A stretch of DNA of 64,000 nucleotides from Bacteroidaceae bacterium (GTDB taxonomy: Bacteria; Bacteroidota; Bacteroidia; Bacteroidales; Bacteroidaceae): the NCBI GenBank assembly GCA_017451645.1, contig JAFTNZ010000009.1, positions 115,729-179,728 of the forward strand. The letters run 5' to 3'. Each line of letters begins with the position of its first letter. The first letter of the stretch is position 1. The notes beneath the pieces were generated by a model. It was given only the letters and a program-made list of their open reading frames with translations, was not told the DNA's origin and ran no database searches. The translations under genes and the position numbers were made by a program. Shown piece after piece: positions 19,451 through 29,979 of the stretch.

Positions 19451-21499
19451 ATGAAAATTAGAAGAAATCTCATCGGCCTCATGCTGATATTGGGTACTTC
19501 GGTAGGCATCAATGCACAACCCAAGTACGACTTTGAGAAACTGCAACGCGAAGAATTAGGACGTGGGGTAGTAGCCATTCGTCAGAGTGAAACGGAAACT
19601 TGCCTTACGTGGCGCTACCTCTCCAGTGACCCTGTAGAGACGGCTTTCAATATCTATCGTGACGGGCAGCAGGTGGCTACTGTGCCGGCCGGTGCCGCTA
19701 CCATGTGGGTGGACAAACTGGCGGGTGGTAAGGTTGCCAACTACGAGGTACGACCTGTGGTGAATGGAACCGAAACGCATCATGTGGATGGGAAATATAC
19801 CCTTGCGGCCAATGCCGGAGTGGGATACCTGAACATCCCTCTGCAAAAACCTGCGGATGGAAAAACTCCATCAGGACAAACCTATACCTATAGTGCCAAC
19901 GATGCCAGCATCGGTGATGTGGACGGCGATGGCGAATATGAAATCATCCTCAAGTGGGACCCAAGCAATGCGCATGACAATGCACACGACGGCTACACGG
20001 GCAATGTCCTTTTCGACTGCTACCGTCTGACGGGTGAGCGCTTGTGGCGTATCGACCTTGGCCGCAATATCCGTGCCGGAGCCCACTACACCCAGTTCAT
20101 GGTGTACGACCTGGATGGCGATAATCGCGCCGAGGTGGTGATGAAGACCGGTGATGGAACCATAGATGGATCAGGTAAGGTGATTGGTGATGCCAATGCC
20201 GACTGGCGCGAGCATGGCGATACCGTGGGCCAGTACCAACGCATGATTGAGTTTGAAAAGATGAGGAAGGAACGAGAAGAGCGGATGAAGGCTGAAGGTA
20301 ACCGCCCGGAAATGCAGAGACAACGTCCGCCTCAGGGAAATAGAAACCGTAATGGGCAGCAACAACGCCGCCGAGGTTTCCGTATGCCTACTCCCGAAGA
20401 TCAAGGTAGAATCCTTAGAGGCCCTGAATACCTGACCGTATTCAGCGGATTGACAGGTGAAGCGCTTTGCACCATCGACTATGTACCTGAACGGGGGAAT
20501 TTGAAAGATTGGGGTGACACGAATGCCAACCGTTCAGACCGCTATCTGGCTTGTGTGGCTTACCTCGATGGCGTGCACCCCAGTGTGATAATGTGCCGCG
20601 GATACTATACACGCACAGTACTTGCCGCTTTCGATTGGGATGGCAAGCAGCTGAAGCAACGTTGGATGTTCGACTCTAATGACAAGGGCTGCAAACACTA
20701 TGCCGGACAAGGGAACCACAACCTGCGTGTGGGCGATGTGGATGGTGACGGATGCGATGAAATCATCTATGGATCCATGGCCGTTGACAATGATGGTAAG
20801 GGGCTCTATACGACCCGTATGGGACACGGCGATGCCATGCACCTGATGGGATTCTTCCCCGACTCTGAGAAATTGCAAGTGTGGGATTGTCACGAAAACC
20901 GTCGGGATGGCTCTACCTTCCGCGATGCGGCTACGGGTGAAGTCATCTTCCAAATAAAATCAGGCGAAGATGTGGGCCGGTGCATGGCGGCAGACATCGA
21001 CCCCACGTCATGGGGAGTAGAGATGTGGTCGCTCGCTTCAGGGGGTATCCGCAATGTGAAGGGCGAACTTATCAATGATGCGCCCGGACGCCTGCCGTGC
21101 AACATGGCCGTTTGGTGGGACGGCGACCTTTCACGCGAACTGCTCGATGGCAACCGTATCTCCAAATACAACTGGAGGAATCGTCAGTGCGAGGAATTGG
21201 TGGCACTTGAAGGCATACGCAACAACGGCAGCAAGAGCAACCCTTGCTTGCATGCCGACATCTTAGGAGACTGGCGCGAAGAGGTGCTTCTGCGCACCGA
21301 AGACAATTCGGCTCTGCGCCTCTACGTTTCTACTATCCCTACTGAATACCGCTTCCACACTTTCTTGGAAGACCCCGTTTACCGCATCAGCATTGCCACA
21401 CAAAATGTGGCTTACAACCAACCGACCCAGCAGGGGTTCTACTTCGGTACTGACCTGAAACCAGGATTTTTCCGTGGATTTGAAATAAAGAAGAAATGA
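19451..21499 (+). CDS. Rhamnogalacturonan lyase, PL11 (YesW/YesX-like)
   Basis: LGRGVVA, GDVDGDGEYEII, NIRAGAHYTQF, RGYYTR, GQGNH, GHGDAMH, ADILGDWREE, QNVAYNQP; TATATTTG promoter at 19410. Confidence 0.94.
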   Translation: MKIRRNLIGLMLILGTSVGINAQPKYDFEKLQREELGRGVVAIRQSETETCLTWRYLSSDPVETAFNIYRDGQQVATVPAGAATMWVDKLAGGKVANYEVRPVVNGTETHHVDGKYTLAANAGVGYLNIPLQKPADGKTPSGQTYTYSANDASIGDVDGDGEYEIILKWDPSNAHDNAHDGYTGNVLFDCYRLTGERLWRIDLGRNIRAGAHYTQFMVYDLDGDNRAEVVMKTGDGTIDGSGKVIGDANADWREHGDTVGQYQRMIEFEKMRKEREERMKAEGNRPEMQRQRPPQGNRNRNGQQQRRRGFRMPTPEDQGRILRGPEYLTVFSGLTGEALCTIDYVPERGNLKDWGDTNANRSDRYLACVAYLDGVHPSVIMCRGYYTRTVLAAFDWDGKQLKQRWMFDSNDKGCKHYAGQGNHNLRVGDVDGDGCDEIIYGSMAVDNDGKGLYTTRMGHGDAMHLMGFFPDSEKLQVWDCHENRRDGSTFRDAATGEVIFQIKSGEDVGRCMAADIDPTSWGVEMWSLASGGIRNVKGELINDAPGRLPCNMAVWWDGDLSRELLDGNRISKYNWRNRQCEELVALEGIRNNGSKSNPCLHADILGDWREEVLLRTEDNSALRLYVSTIPTEYRFHTFLEDPVYRISIATQNVAYNQPTQQGFYFGTDLKPGFFRGFEIKKK

Positions 21500-21522
21500 A
21501 CAGCAACAAGAATAGGAATAGA

Positions 21523-22953
21523 ATGAAGACAAAGTCCCTGGCCTTCGCTGTCCTCACCGGTATGCTGAGTGCGGCCTGCACCGTTCCGCAAGAGAAAACT
21601 TCAGAGGATGCGTCCATCAACGACTCAAACACTCCGTTGCACCTGATGCAACCCGAATATAAAATGCCCTACGGCATACCTGCCATCGAGGAGGTGAAGG
21701 AGCATATGGACCGTGTGCTTCGCTACTTAGAGGAATGTACCCCCGCACGAATTGTTGATTCAAAGAGCGGGCAGGAGCTTACCAACTATACAGCCCTGCC
21801 CCCCGATGCTACCCTGCACCAAGGGACTTTCCGCCTGACCAGTTACGAATGGGGTGTGACCTACTCGGCCATGTTGGCAGCAACTGAAGCCACCGGTGAT
21901 GCGGCTTACCGCACCTATGTGGCTGACCGTTTCCGCCTGTTTGCCGCTACGGCCCCTCATTTCCGTACCAGAATGGAAAGACAAGAGGAAGTGGATGCCC
22001 AAATGCGCAAAATGCTCAGGCCCAGCGCACTCGACGATGCCGGAGCGATGTGTGCAGCCATGATCAAGATGCAGATACAGGACGAGAACCTTGGCTTGAG
22101 GCCTCTTATAGAGAACTATATCGACTATATCATGAACAAGGAATACCGGCTGGCCGACGGCACCTTTGCCCGCACCCGTCCTTTCCACAACACTGTTTGG
22201 TTGGACGATATGTTCATGGGCATCCCTCCCATAGCCTGGTATTCACTCATAGCCGGTAGTGAACAGCCACGCTATCAGGCCGAAGCCGTGCGTCAGGTGC
22301 TACAGTTTGCCCAACGAATGTGGGTGCCTGAAAAGAACCTCTTCCGACACGGGTGGGTGGAGAGCATGGAGGACCATCCCTCTTTCCATTGGGGCCGTGC
22401 CAATGGTTGGGCACTGCTTACTTTGTGCGAAGTATTGGATGCCCTGCCTGAGAATTATCCCCAACGGGACGAAATCATGAATCTATACCGTAACCACGTG
22501 CGTGGTTTGGCAGCCTTGCAGAGCGGGCAGGGATTTTGGCACCAGTTGCTCGACCGCAACGACTCTTATTTAGAGACTTCGGCCACAGCTATCTATGCTT
22601 ATTGCATCGCCCACGGAATCAACAAAAGATGGCTGGACAGCACAACATACGGTCCTGTGGCTTTGTTGGCATGGAATGCCGTCACTACACAAATCGACGG
22701 ACAAGGTCAGGTGGGAGGCACCTGTGTGGGCACCGGCATGGCCTTCGACCCCGCCTTTTACTATCATCGTCCGGTCCACAAGATGGCTGCTCATGGCTAT
22801 GGCCCTGTCATTTGGGCGGGCGTAGAGATTATCAATCTGCTGAAAAACCGACATCCGAAAATGAACGACAGTGCCGTCCTTTTTTATCGTACTGAGCAGA
22901 AGACTGACAAACCCATTTTCCGTGAGAATGAATCGGCAGAAGTAGAATGGTAA
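21523..22953 (+). CDS. GH105 unsaturated rhamnogalacturonyl hydrolase, lipoprotein
   Basis: Lipobox LSAAC; YEWGV, WLDDMFM, WGRANGW, WHQLLD, ETSATA, HGYGP. Alternative start at 21496 overlaps the PL11 stop. Confidence 0.9.
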   Translation: MKTKSLAFAVLTGMLSAACTVPQEKTSEDASINDSNTPLHLMQPEYKMPYGIPAIEEVKEHMDRVLRYLEECTPARIVDSKSGQELTNYTALPPDATLHQGTFRLTSYEWGVTYSAMLAATEATGDAAYRTYVADRFRLFAATAPHFRTRMERQEEVDAQMRKMLRPSALDDAGAMCAAMIKMQIQDENLGLRPLIENYIDYIMNKEYRLADGTFARTRPFHNTVWLDDMFMGIPPIAWYSLIAGSEQPRYQAEAVRQVLQFAQRMWVPEKNLFRHGWVESMEDHPSFHWGRANGWALLTLCEVLDALPENYPQRDEIMNLYRNHVRGLAALQSGQGFWHQLLDRNDSYLETSATAIYAYCIAHGINKRWLDSTTYGPVALLAWNAVTTQIDGQGQVGGTCVGTGMAFDPAFYYHRPVHKMAAHGYGPVIWAGVEIINLLKNRHPKMNDSAVLFYRTEQKTDKPIFRENESAEVEW

Positions 22954-23008
22954 GAGAAAAAGAAAAATCAGAAGAATATTAGGATTAACCAAAAAACAAG
23001 AAAAAGAA

Positions 23009-23323
23009 ATGAAAAGAGAAGCATTCAAAATGTTCCTGAAGCCCGGCTTTGAGGAAGAGTATGAGAGACGTCATGCCGCCATTTGGCCCGAATTGAAAGA
23101 GTTACTGTCCAAAAACGGAGTGTATGACTACTCCATCTACTGGGACAAGGATACCAACATCCTGTTCGCTTTCCAAAAGACCAAGGGAGAGGAGTCTTCA
23201 CAGGACATGGGCACCAACCCCATCGTACAGAAGTGGTGGGACTATATGGCCGACATCATGGAGGTGAACGCAGACAATTCACCCGTTTCCATCCCTCTGC
23301 CCGAGGTCTTCCACATGGACTGA
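23009..23323 (+). CDS. rhaM: L-rhamnose mutarotase
   Basis: EYERRHAAIWPEL, YSIY, KWWDYMADIM, EVFHMD. Confidence 0.93.
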   Translation: MKREAFKMFLKPGFEEEYERRHAAIWPELKELLSKNGVYDYSIYWDKDTNILFAFQKTKGEESSQDMGTNPIVQKWWDYMADIMEVNADNSPVSIPLPEVFHMD

Positions 23324-23343
23324 ATTCTTTATAGAAAGACCTT

Positions 23344-23406
23344 TATGTCAGACGCGGATAACGCAGATGTTCTTAAATAACCATCTGCATTATCCGCGTC
23401 CGACAT
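23344..23406. repeat. ACGCRGAT-type (9-nt periodic) intergenic hairpin, likely also terminator
   Basis: gacgcggataacgcagatg / catctgcattatccgcgtc arms between convergent genes; related copies elsewhere in the window. Confidence 0.8.
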
Positions 23407-23454
23407 ATAAGGTTGGAGCGTTTTGACTCCTACTCATTTTTTAGATCCTTCTTT

Positions 23455-25404
23455 TTACTTCTGCACAATCACACCACCCTGCGGGGCAATGGTGACGGTG
23501 AGCTGATTCTTTTTCTTCATCTTCACCGTCTTCACCTGCGGAACCAGCGTCTTGGCATGGTCATCGTAGAGCATGACCTCTGTGCCGGCCTCAAACATAG
23601 GCAGTGTGAGTTTCAGTTTCAGGGGCTCAGCCGTGGCATTAATGCCGGCCACATACCATGTGTCACCGTGTCGGCGTGCCAACACACAATATTTGCCAGG
23701 GTAACCGTCGATGAAGCGGGTTTCGTCCCATGTGGTGGGAACCTGCTTCATGAAGTCGAGCGACACTTGCGGAGCGTCCGTCAGGTTGTTAGGTGCAAGG
23801 GCAAAGTTCTGGATAGGATTCTGAAAGAGCACAGCCGTAGCCAACTGGAAGATGTCGGTAGTGCGACGGATGCGTCCGCCATCATTGGTACGGTTGTGGC
23901 GCTTGTTAAGCAGTGTACCTCCGAACTCCATGCAGCCCACTGTGTTGCGGATGAAGGGGTGCAGACAGGCGTTGAAAGCCTCAGCATCGTTGGCCTCTTG
24001 TGTGAAAATAAGGTTCTCGCTGGCCAATACGGCTTCGCTACCTACGTAGTTGGGATACATTCGCTCCCATCCGCGCGGCAGGGTGCATCCGTGGAAGATA
24101 ATCATCAGACCGTAGTCGTTGGCATCGCTGAGGATGTCTTCATAGATAGTCATCATCTCCTGCTTGTCGCTTCCGAAGAAATCCACCTTCAGTCCCTTCA
24201 CACCCATTTTCTTGAGCCACTTCATCTCCTGCTTGCGCACAATGGAGTTGTGCATGCGCTGGCGAGGGCCTTGCGGTGCATCGTTCCAATAACCATTGGA
24301 GTTGTACCACATAAAGACATCTATACCCTTCGATTGGGCCAGGCGGATGAGTTCTTCCACCTTCTCATAACCAATCTGCTTGTCCCACAAGCCGTCGATG
24401 AGGATATATTCCCAGTCCATGGCTACTGCCAGATCGATGTATGCTTTGGTATCGTTGTAGTTCACTGCATTGTCCTGCCACATGATCCAAGGCCATACAG
24501 AACGGCCGTAGGCATATTCCTGAGAAGGTTCGTAGAGAGGCTTCACGACATCGAAAGCCACAGTAGTCTCTACGATAGGCTTCAAATCTGCAGCTACAGT
24601 GAGTGTACGCCACGGAGTCTCGCCCGGTAAACTGAGTCCCGGAGTGGAACTTCCCAAGCCATTCATCTCGCCCTCATGGGGGAACTCGATGGTATAGCGG
24701 CCATCAGCAGTGCCGTTGCTCAGATGTGACCCTACGTAGGCACTGCTTACGCCCGTCTCGCTGATAAGCACCCAACCGTCGTCTCCCACATGAAAGAGAC
24801 AAGGGAATGTATATCCACAATTATTCTGTGTGGGTTCCCCCATCTTGGCATCGGGCTTATAAGGTTCCTCATAGCTGGGTTTGGTACGCATCCACCCCGT
24901 CATGGGCAGTGCCTGCTCGCAAAGAAAAGTGGTAGAGTGGTCAGGCAAGTTAAAACCAGTAGCCTCGCTCTTGATGACGCACGAACGGGTATCGCCGTAA
25001 GAGTGAGGGAAGACATACTTGAAGGCTACATCGTTGTTACTCACGCGGAAAACGACGTTCAGCGGACGCTGCTTGGCATCTATAAGTGTGCAAACCACTT
25101 CATTGGCCCGATAGTGCACGTGACTGGTCTTGATGGTTTTCAACGAATAGCAATCTTCAACCACTGTGGGGGCTGCTGCTTTCAGAGAAAGTCCCTTGCT
25201 GAAGTCGCCGATGTTTGTGTGAAGCCCCAAGGGGGAATCTTCCAACATCTGCTTGCCGTCATAGGTAATGGAATAGACAGGTGAACCACCATTTTCACTG
25301 ACAGTCACTTGCAACAGACTGTCTGGGCTGTAAATCTTCACATCCTCGGCTTGAGCGATATTCATGCCAAAGAGGAGAGAAAGGGGGAAAAGGAGTTTTT
25401 TCAT
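23455..25404 (-). CDS. Glycoside hydrolase family 97
   Basis: SPD...LEDSPLGL N-domain, TPWR, YIDLA, GVKGLKVDFF, FHGCTLPRGWERMYPN, VPTTWDET. Confidence 0.92.
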   Translation of the reverse strand: MKKLLFPLSLLFGMNIAQAEDVKIYSPDSLLQVTVSENGGSPVYSITYDGKQMLEDSPLGLHTNIGDFSKGLSLKAAAPTVVEDCYSLKTIKTSHVHYRANEVVCTLIDAKQRPLNVVFRVSNNDVAFKYVFPHSYGDTRSCVIKSEATGFNLPDHSTTFLCEQALPMTGWMRTKPSYEEPYKPDAKMGEPTQNNCGYTFPCLFHVGDDGWVLISETGVSSAYVGSHLSNGTADGRYTIEFPHEGEMNGLGSSTPGLSLPGETPWRTLTVAADLKPIVETTVAFDVVKPLYEPSQEYAYGRSVWPWIMWQDNAVNYNDTKAYIDLAVAMDWEYILIDGLWDKQIGYEKVEELIRLAQSKGIDVFMWYNSNGYWNDAPQGPRQRMHNSIVRKQEMKWLKKMGVKGLKVDFFGSDKQEMMTIYEDILSDANDYGLMIIFHGCTLPRGWERMYPNYVGSEAVLASENLIFTQEANDAEAFNACLHPFIRNTVGCMEFGGTLLNKRHNRTNDGGRIRRTTDIFQLATAVLFQNPIQNFALAPNNLTDAPQVSLDFMKQVPTTWDETRFIDGYPGKYCVLARRHGDTWYVAGINATAEPLKLKLTLPMFEAGTEVMLYDDHAKTLVPQVKTVKMKKKNQLTVTIAPQGGVIVQK

Positions 25405-25422
25405 GTTTTTAGTTAATGATAG

Positions 25423-25466
25423 GACCCTCCCCCGGCCCCTCCGCAGGGAGGGACCGGGGGAGGGTC
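25423..25466. repeat. C-rich/G-rich (CCCTCCCC...GGGAGGG) palindromic element
   Basis: gaccctcccccgg / ccgggggagggtc inverted repeat; related copies at 11859, 34422, 34524, 57366. Confidence 0.75.
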
Positions 25467-25472
25467 TTTTTA

Positions 25473-27467
25473 TTACTTACCGTTCTTTACAAACTTATAT
25501 ACGCAAAATGTCTTGGGGCCAATCTGAGTATTGAGCACGTTGCCATCGATGGCGATGCTGCTCTCCACAGGGATGATGGTGTTGGGAGCATCCACGGTGT
25601 TGTCTTTCAACAGGTCATCGGCATGGAAGGTGATAACCTTACCGTCGGTCAACGTGGTCTTCTTCTTCAGACCGGTAAAGTTGAGGGTGATGGGCTGGGC
25701 CTTGTCACCTACGTTGATGACCTTCACAATGTAAGTCTTGGCATCGTTGTCCCATACGGCGCTGGCGAAGAGGCCATCCTGGCCTTCTTGTCCGCTGACG
25801 GGCTGTCCGGCCATAGTCAGAGGCAACACGTTGGTACCCTTGTTGTGGGCATAGAGTTGCTGTACATAGTAGCTGCAAGTGCGCACTGAACGGAGGTTGT
25901 CGAACCAGATCATGTCGGGACGCCACTGCCAGCCTTCCACGTGGGCAAAGAGCGGAGCGTAGGTAGCCATGTGTACGATGTCGGCATTGCGCTCAAGGTT
26001 GGTCATGAAGGCAGCCTCCAACAGGGCGGCATTGAAGTGGTTCCACTTCTTGCCGTTGGCACCGTGGCAGGCATACTCACCGGCGAACACCTTCGGACCC
26101 TTGCGGTCATACTTGTCATAGCGGTTACCGGCTGCAAGGAACCAGCTTTCGGGGCGATAGAAGTGCTCGTCAACGAGGTCAACTTTCAGGCGCTTCATCT
26201 CCGGCCACAAGTAGTCGAAGTCGCGACCCTCAGAGTTAGGACCTGATGAACCTACAATCTTGATTTCGGGATGTTTCTCGCGGAACACTTTCACGAACAC
26301 CTCCAGACGTTCGGGATATTCCTTACCCCACTGCTCGTTTCCGATTCCGAGGAACTTCAGGTTGAAGGGTTCGGGGTGTCCCATCTCGGCACGCAGCTTA
26401 CCCCACTCGGTATCAGTCGAACCATTGGCAAACTCAATGAGGTCGAGCGCATCCTGTACAAAGGGTTCCAGGTCGGCTACTGCGCAGTGTGCACTCTCGT
26501 GGTTGTTCTGATACTGGCAAGCCAGACCAACGTTGAGGATAGGCAGCGGCTCGGCACCAATCTCCTCGCTCATGAGGAAGTACTCATAGAAACCGAGTCC
26601 GTAGCTCTGGTAATAGTCGGGGAAGAAACGGTGGCCGAAAGTATATTGCCAACGGTTCTCGTTGAGCGGACGGTTTTCTACAGGACCTACTGACTTCTTC
26701 CAGTCGTAACGGGTCTCAAGGTCTGTACCTTCAACGATACATCCACCCGGGAAACGGAACACACCGGGCTTGATATCTGCCAAAGCCTGTACAAGGTCTT
26801 TACGGAGACCATTCTCGTGACCATTCCAAGTATCTACCGGGAAGAGTGAAACATGCTCTACATCGGCACCGTTGCGTCCGCGGAGGAATACACGCAGTAC
26901 AGCCTTCTCTTCGGTAGCATTGGGAGTCAGTTCCACTTCATACTTCTTCCATTCATGAGAGTTTACGGTAATCTCAGCACCTGCCAAACCTTGGTTCTCA
27001 CCCATAGACTTGGTATTGGCAATCTCTGCATAGATTTTGGCAGTACCATCAGCCTTGGCTGTACGTGCCCATACGCTGAAGCGGTATTTCTTACCTTTTT
27101 CCACACCGATACCGAAGAAACCTTCGTTTTCAATGCAGGTGTGTTTGTGTCCGTGTCTTGAATCATTCAAGCGTACATAGTGGGGATTACGTTCAAAAGG
27201 ACCATCGTTTTTCAACTCAATCTTACCGGCCACTTTCCATCCTTGCAGATTGTTGCAGGGGAATTCGAACGAGCGGTTTTTTACCAATTCGGCATAGAGA
27301 CCACCGTCAGCGGCATAGTTGATGTCTTCGAAGAAGAGTCCGTACATGGTGGGTTGTATCTCGGCACCCACCTTCTTTGTTTGAATTACCAACTCGTGAG
27401 TGTTGGCGGTCTGTGCAGTAGCCGTCAGTCCAACGGCCAGTGCCAGGGTTGTCAACAGTGTTTTCAT
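25473..27467 (-). CDS. Alpha-L-arabinofuranosidase, GH51
   Basis: FFEDINYAADGGLYAELVKNRSFE, RFPGGC, GIGNEQWG, DEHFY, GEYA, ERNADIV. Confidence 0.93.
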   Translation of the reverse strand: MKTLLTTLALAVGLTATAQTANTHELVIQTKKVGAEIQPTMYGLFFEDINYAADGGLYAELVKNRSFEFPCNNLQGWKVAGKIELKNDGPFERNPHYVRLNDSRHGHKHTCIENEGFFGIGVEKGKKYRFSVWARTAKADGTAKIYAEIANTKSMGENQGLAGAEITVNSHEWKKYEVELTPNATEEKAVLRVFLRGRNGADVEHVSLFPVDTWNGHENGLRKDLVQALADIKPGVFRFPGGCIVEGTDLETRYDWKKSVGPVENRPLNENRWQYTFGHRFFPDYYQSYGLGFYEYFLMSEEIGAEPLPILNVGLACQYQNNHESAHCAVADLEPFVQDALDLIEFANGSTDTEWGKLRAEMGHPEPFNLKFLGIGNEQWGKEYPERLEVFVKVFREKHPEIKIVGSSGPNSEGRDFDYLWPEMKRLKVDLVDEHFYRPESWFLAAGNRYDKYDRKGPKVFAGEYACHGANGKKWNHFNAALLEAAFMTNLERNADIVHMATYAPLFAHVEGWQWRPDMIWFDNLRSVRTCSYYVQQLYAHNKGTNVLPLTMAGQPVSGQEGQDGLFASAVWDNDAKTYIVKVINVGDKAQPITLNFTGLKKKTTLTDGKVITFHADDLLKDNTVDAPNTIIPVESSIAIDGNVLNTQIGPKTFCVYKFVKNGK

Positions 27468-27535
27468 TTGTGTTGTCTTTTATAATGGTTAATAATTTTA
27501 ATAGGGAGTAGCAGGAACTATAGTCTATTGATAAA

Positions 27536-27961
27536 CTAAATCCCTTTTGCTTTGAAAGCCAATGCATACATGCGCATCTGCTTCACCATGGATAATAGTC
27601 CGTTGCTGCGCGTGGGGGAGAGGTGTTCCTTCAGTCCGATACGCTCGATGAAATAGAGGTCGCTATCCAATATCTCGTCAGGGGTGTGTCCGCTGACTAC
27701 CTGGATGAGCAGACTGATGATACCCTTTACGATGAGGGCATCGCTTTCGGCCTGGAAGTGTACAAGGCCGTCTGTGTAGTCGGCTTGTAACCATACGCGG
27801 CTTTGACATCCTTCGATGAGATTCTGTTCTGTCTTATATTGTTCGTCCAGCGGAGCCTGTTCATTGCCTAAATCAATGAGCAATTGGTAACGGTCCATCC
27901 AATCGTCCAGTTCGCTGAACTCTTCGATGACTTCGTCTTGCAGTTGGTTGATGGTTTTCAT
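27536..27961 (-). CDS. sufE: SufE family cysteine desulfuration protein
   Basis: GCQSRVW, SDALIVKG, LSPTRSNGL. Confidence 0.93.
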   Translation of the reverse strand: MKTINQLQDEVIEEFSELDDWMDRYQLLIDLGNEQAPLDEQYKTEQNLIEGCQSRVWLQADYTDGLVHFQAESDALIVKGIISLLIQVVSGHTPDEILDSDLYFIERIGLKEHLSPTRSNGLLSMVKQMRMYALAFKAKGI

Positions 27962-27993
27962 ATTCTTTATTTCTTTTATTGGTAGTAATCCGA

Positions 27994-29007
27994 TTACTTT
28001 TCACTATAAATAACTTCCAATACCGTCTGCCCCACGGCTTTCAGTGTGTTGCGGTCGATATGCTCCATATTGTCGTTCACCGTATGCCATGTATCACCGA
28101 AAGAAGAGAGTTCACAGTCCACCATCATGGGGATAATATCTATACAGGGAATGCGGGCTATGCGATTGATGGGAAGATGGTCGTCTGTAACATATCCACC
28201 AGCCTGTTTGGGAAAATATTGTCCAAAACCAGACTGATGGGCTTTTTCCCACACCTTATCTGCAATGGCGGGGGCATAATGCTTGGAGAAGCCTTCGTAA
28301 AAAAAAGTGGCATCCTTGCCTCCTACCATGTCTAGCAGGATACCGAAGCGGGCATTGTAATCAGGCACGTGAGGGGAACTTGCCCAATATTGGGAACCCA
28401 AGCACCAACTGCCTTCGCTATCCACCTCGGGTAAAAACTGAGGCACTCCATAATCTTCAACATCAAAGAAAATGATATCTACACCTATGCTTGGTTGAGT
28501 CTGTTGTATCTGGCGAGCCACTTCCAGCAGGACTCCTACTCCACTGGCTCCATCATTGGCTCCATCCACGGGAGTATGATGATTCTTCTTGTCCGGGTCG
28601 TTATCTGCCCAAGGGCGACAGTCCCAGTGAGCGCAAAGCAGTATGCGTTTGCGATTGTCAGGCTGAAAGGCACCGATAATATTTCGCATAGGCAACTGTT
28701 TGCCATCAAAAGCCGTCACCTTATCGCACTGTTCAGTCACCACAGCTCCAAAAGCCTCAAGCTGTGCCACTAACCAGTCGCCACAAGCATGGTGGGCATC
28801 ACTATCCGGTGTGCGAGGACCAAAAGCCACCTGTTCCTCCACATAACGGTAGGCACTGTCCGCATTAAACGAAGGTGTTGCCACAGCAGCTTTCTGTACA
28901 GTTTCTCCTGTCTTCGGGACATCCCCTTTGCCCATCCCCCCACAGCAGGCCAGCAATCCACCCAAGGTTGGGAACAAAAAAAGACAAACATTACGTAAAT
29001 TAATCAT
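27994..29007 (-). CDS. M28-family lipoprotein, glutaminyl-peptide cyclotransferase-like
   Basis: Lipobox LLAC; GPR, AHWD.RP, GANDGASGV, DVEDYG, LLDMVGG, DDHLP, WHT motifs. Confidence 0.8.
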   Translation of the reverse strand: MINLRNVCLFLFPTLGGLLACCGGMGKGDVPKTGETVQKAAVATPSFNADSAYRYVEEQVAFGPRTPDSDAHHACGDWLVAQLEAFGAVVTEQCDKVTAFDGKQLPMRNIIGAFQPDNRKRILLCAHWDCRPWADNDPDKKNHHTPVDGANDGASGVGVLLEVARQIQQTQPSIGVDIIFFDVEDYGVPQFLPEVDSEGSWCLGSQYWASSPHVPDYNARFGILLDMVGGKDATFFYEGFSKHYAPAIADKVWEKAHQSGFGQYFPKQAGGYVTDDHLPINRIARIPCIDIIPMMVDCELSSFGDTWHTVNDNMEHIDRNTLKAVGQTVLEVIYSEK

Positions 29008-29187
29008 TCGCGGTGTCTTATGTGAATAAAGCGCAAATATAAGCAATATCTTTCACTGGAATTCACAGTACGACGGAATATTAACGTAAGATAACGTAGA
29101 ATCTGTCTGTCAGCGACAATTTTGCAGGCAACAGATGGGAAAAATCCGTTTCTTTATCGTATCTTCGCACCCAAAAAGACAGAAGAC

Positions 29188-29979
29188 ATGAAAAAACTGG
29201 CAATCGTTGGCTGCGGGAAGTTAGGAAGCATCGTAGCCGAGGCTTTAATCAAAGGAATGCTTCCGGAATATGTCCCCACAGCTCTCTATTCACGCACCAG
29301 ACAGAAAGCTGAAGAATTGGCTGAGAAGCTGAAACAGGCAGGATGGGAATGTACCGTATGCAACAGTATGGAAGAGTTGGTGGCATTGACACCCGACTAC
29401 ATTGTAGAAGCAGCATCGCCTGCGGCTATGCGCCAATTGGCTCTACCGGCATTGGAACACGGATGCAACATCGTGACTCTCTCTATCGGTGCATTGGCTG
29501 ATGAAGATTTATATGATAAGGTGAAGAAGACTGCAACCCGGTACGGAAGCCGTATCTACATTGTGTCGGGAGCCACAGGCGGATTCGATGTGTTGCAGAC
29601 AGCCACACTGATGGGTAATGCCAAAGCTCGTTTTTTTAACGAAAAAGGACCGAATGCTCTAAAAGGAACTCCCGTCTATGAAGAACAATTGCAAGAAGAA
29701 CAACACACTGTCTTCCAGGGTACGGCCACAGAAGCCATTGCCATGTTTCCGACCAAAGTGAATGTCACTGTAGCAGCTTCGCGAGCCTCCGTCGGTCCGG
29801 AACAGATGCAGGTGACCATGTTGTCAACACCTGGTTTCAAAGGAGATACCCAACGCGTGGAAATCGAGAATGATCAAGTACATGCCGTTATTGATGTCTA
29901 TAGCGCTACGGCCGAGATAGCAGGATGGTCGGTAGTGAACACCCTGCGCAACATAGTTTCACCCATTGTGTTTTGTTGA
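29188..29979 (+). CDS. L-aspartate dehydrogenase-like protein (NadX / DUF108)
   Basis: GCGKLG Rossmann motif, IVEAAS, LSIGALAD, SGATGGFD, FQGTATEAIAMFPTKVNV. Confidence 0.85.
   Translation: MKKLAIVGCGKLGSIVAEALIKGMLPEYVPTALYSRTRQKAEELAEKLKQAGWECTVCNSMEELVALTPDYIVEAASPAAMRQLALPALEHGCNIVTLSIGALADEDLYDKVKKTATRYGSRIYIVSGATGGFDVLQTATLMGNAKARFFNEKGPNALKGTPVYEEQLQEEQHTVFQGTATEAIAMFPTKVNVTVAASRASVGPEQMQVTMLSTPGFKGDTQRVEIENDQVHAVIDVYSATAEIAGWSVVNTLRNIVSPIVFC

Noticed and set aside
27994-29007. Glutaminyl cyclase plus many signal peptides followed by Gln as a novel system
   Set aside because: This is the established Bacteroidetes pyroglutamate Q-rule, not new.
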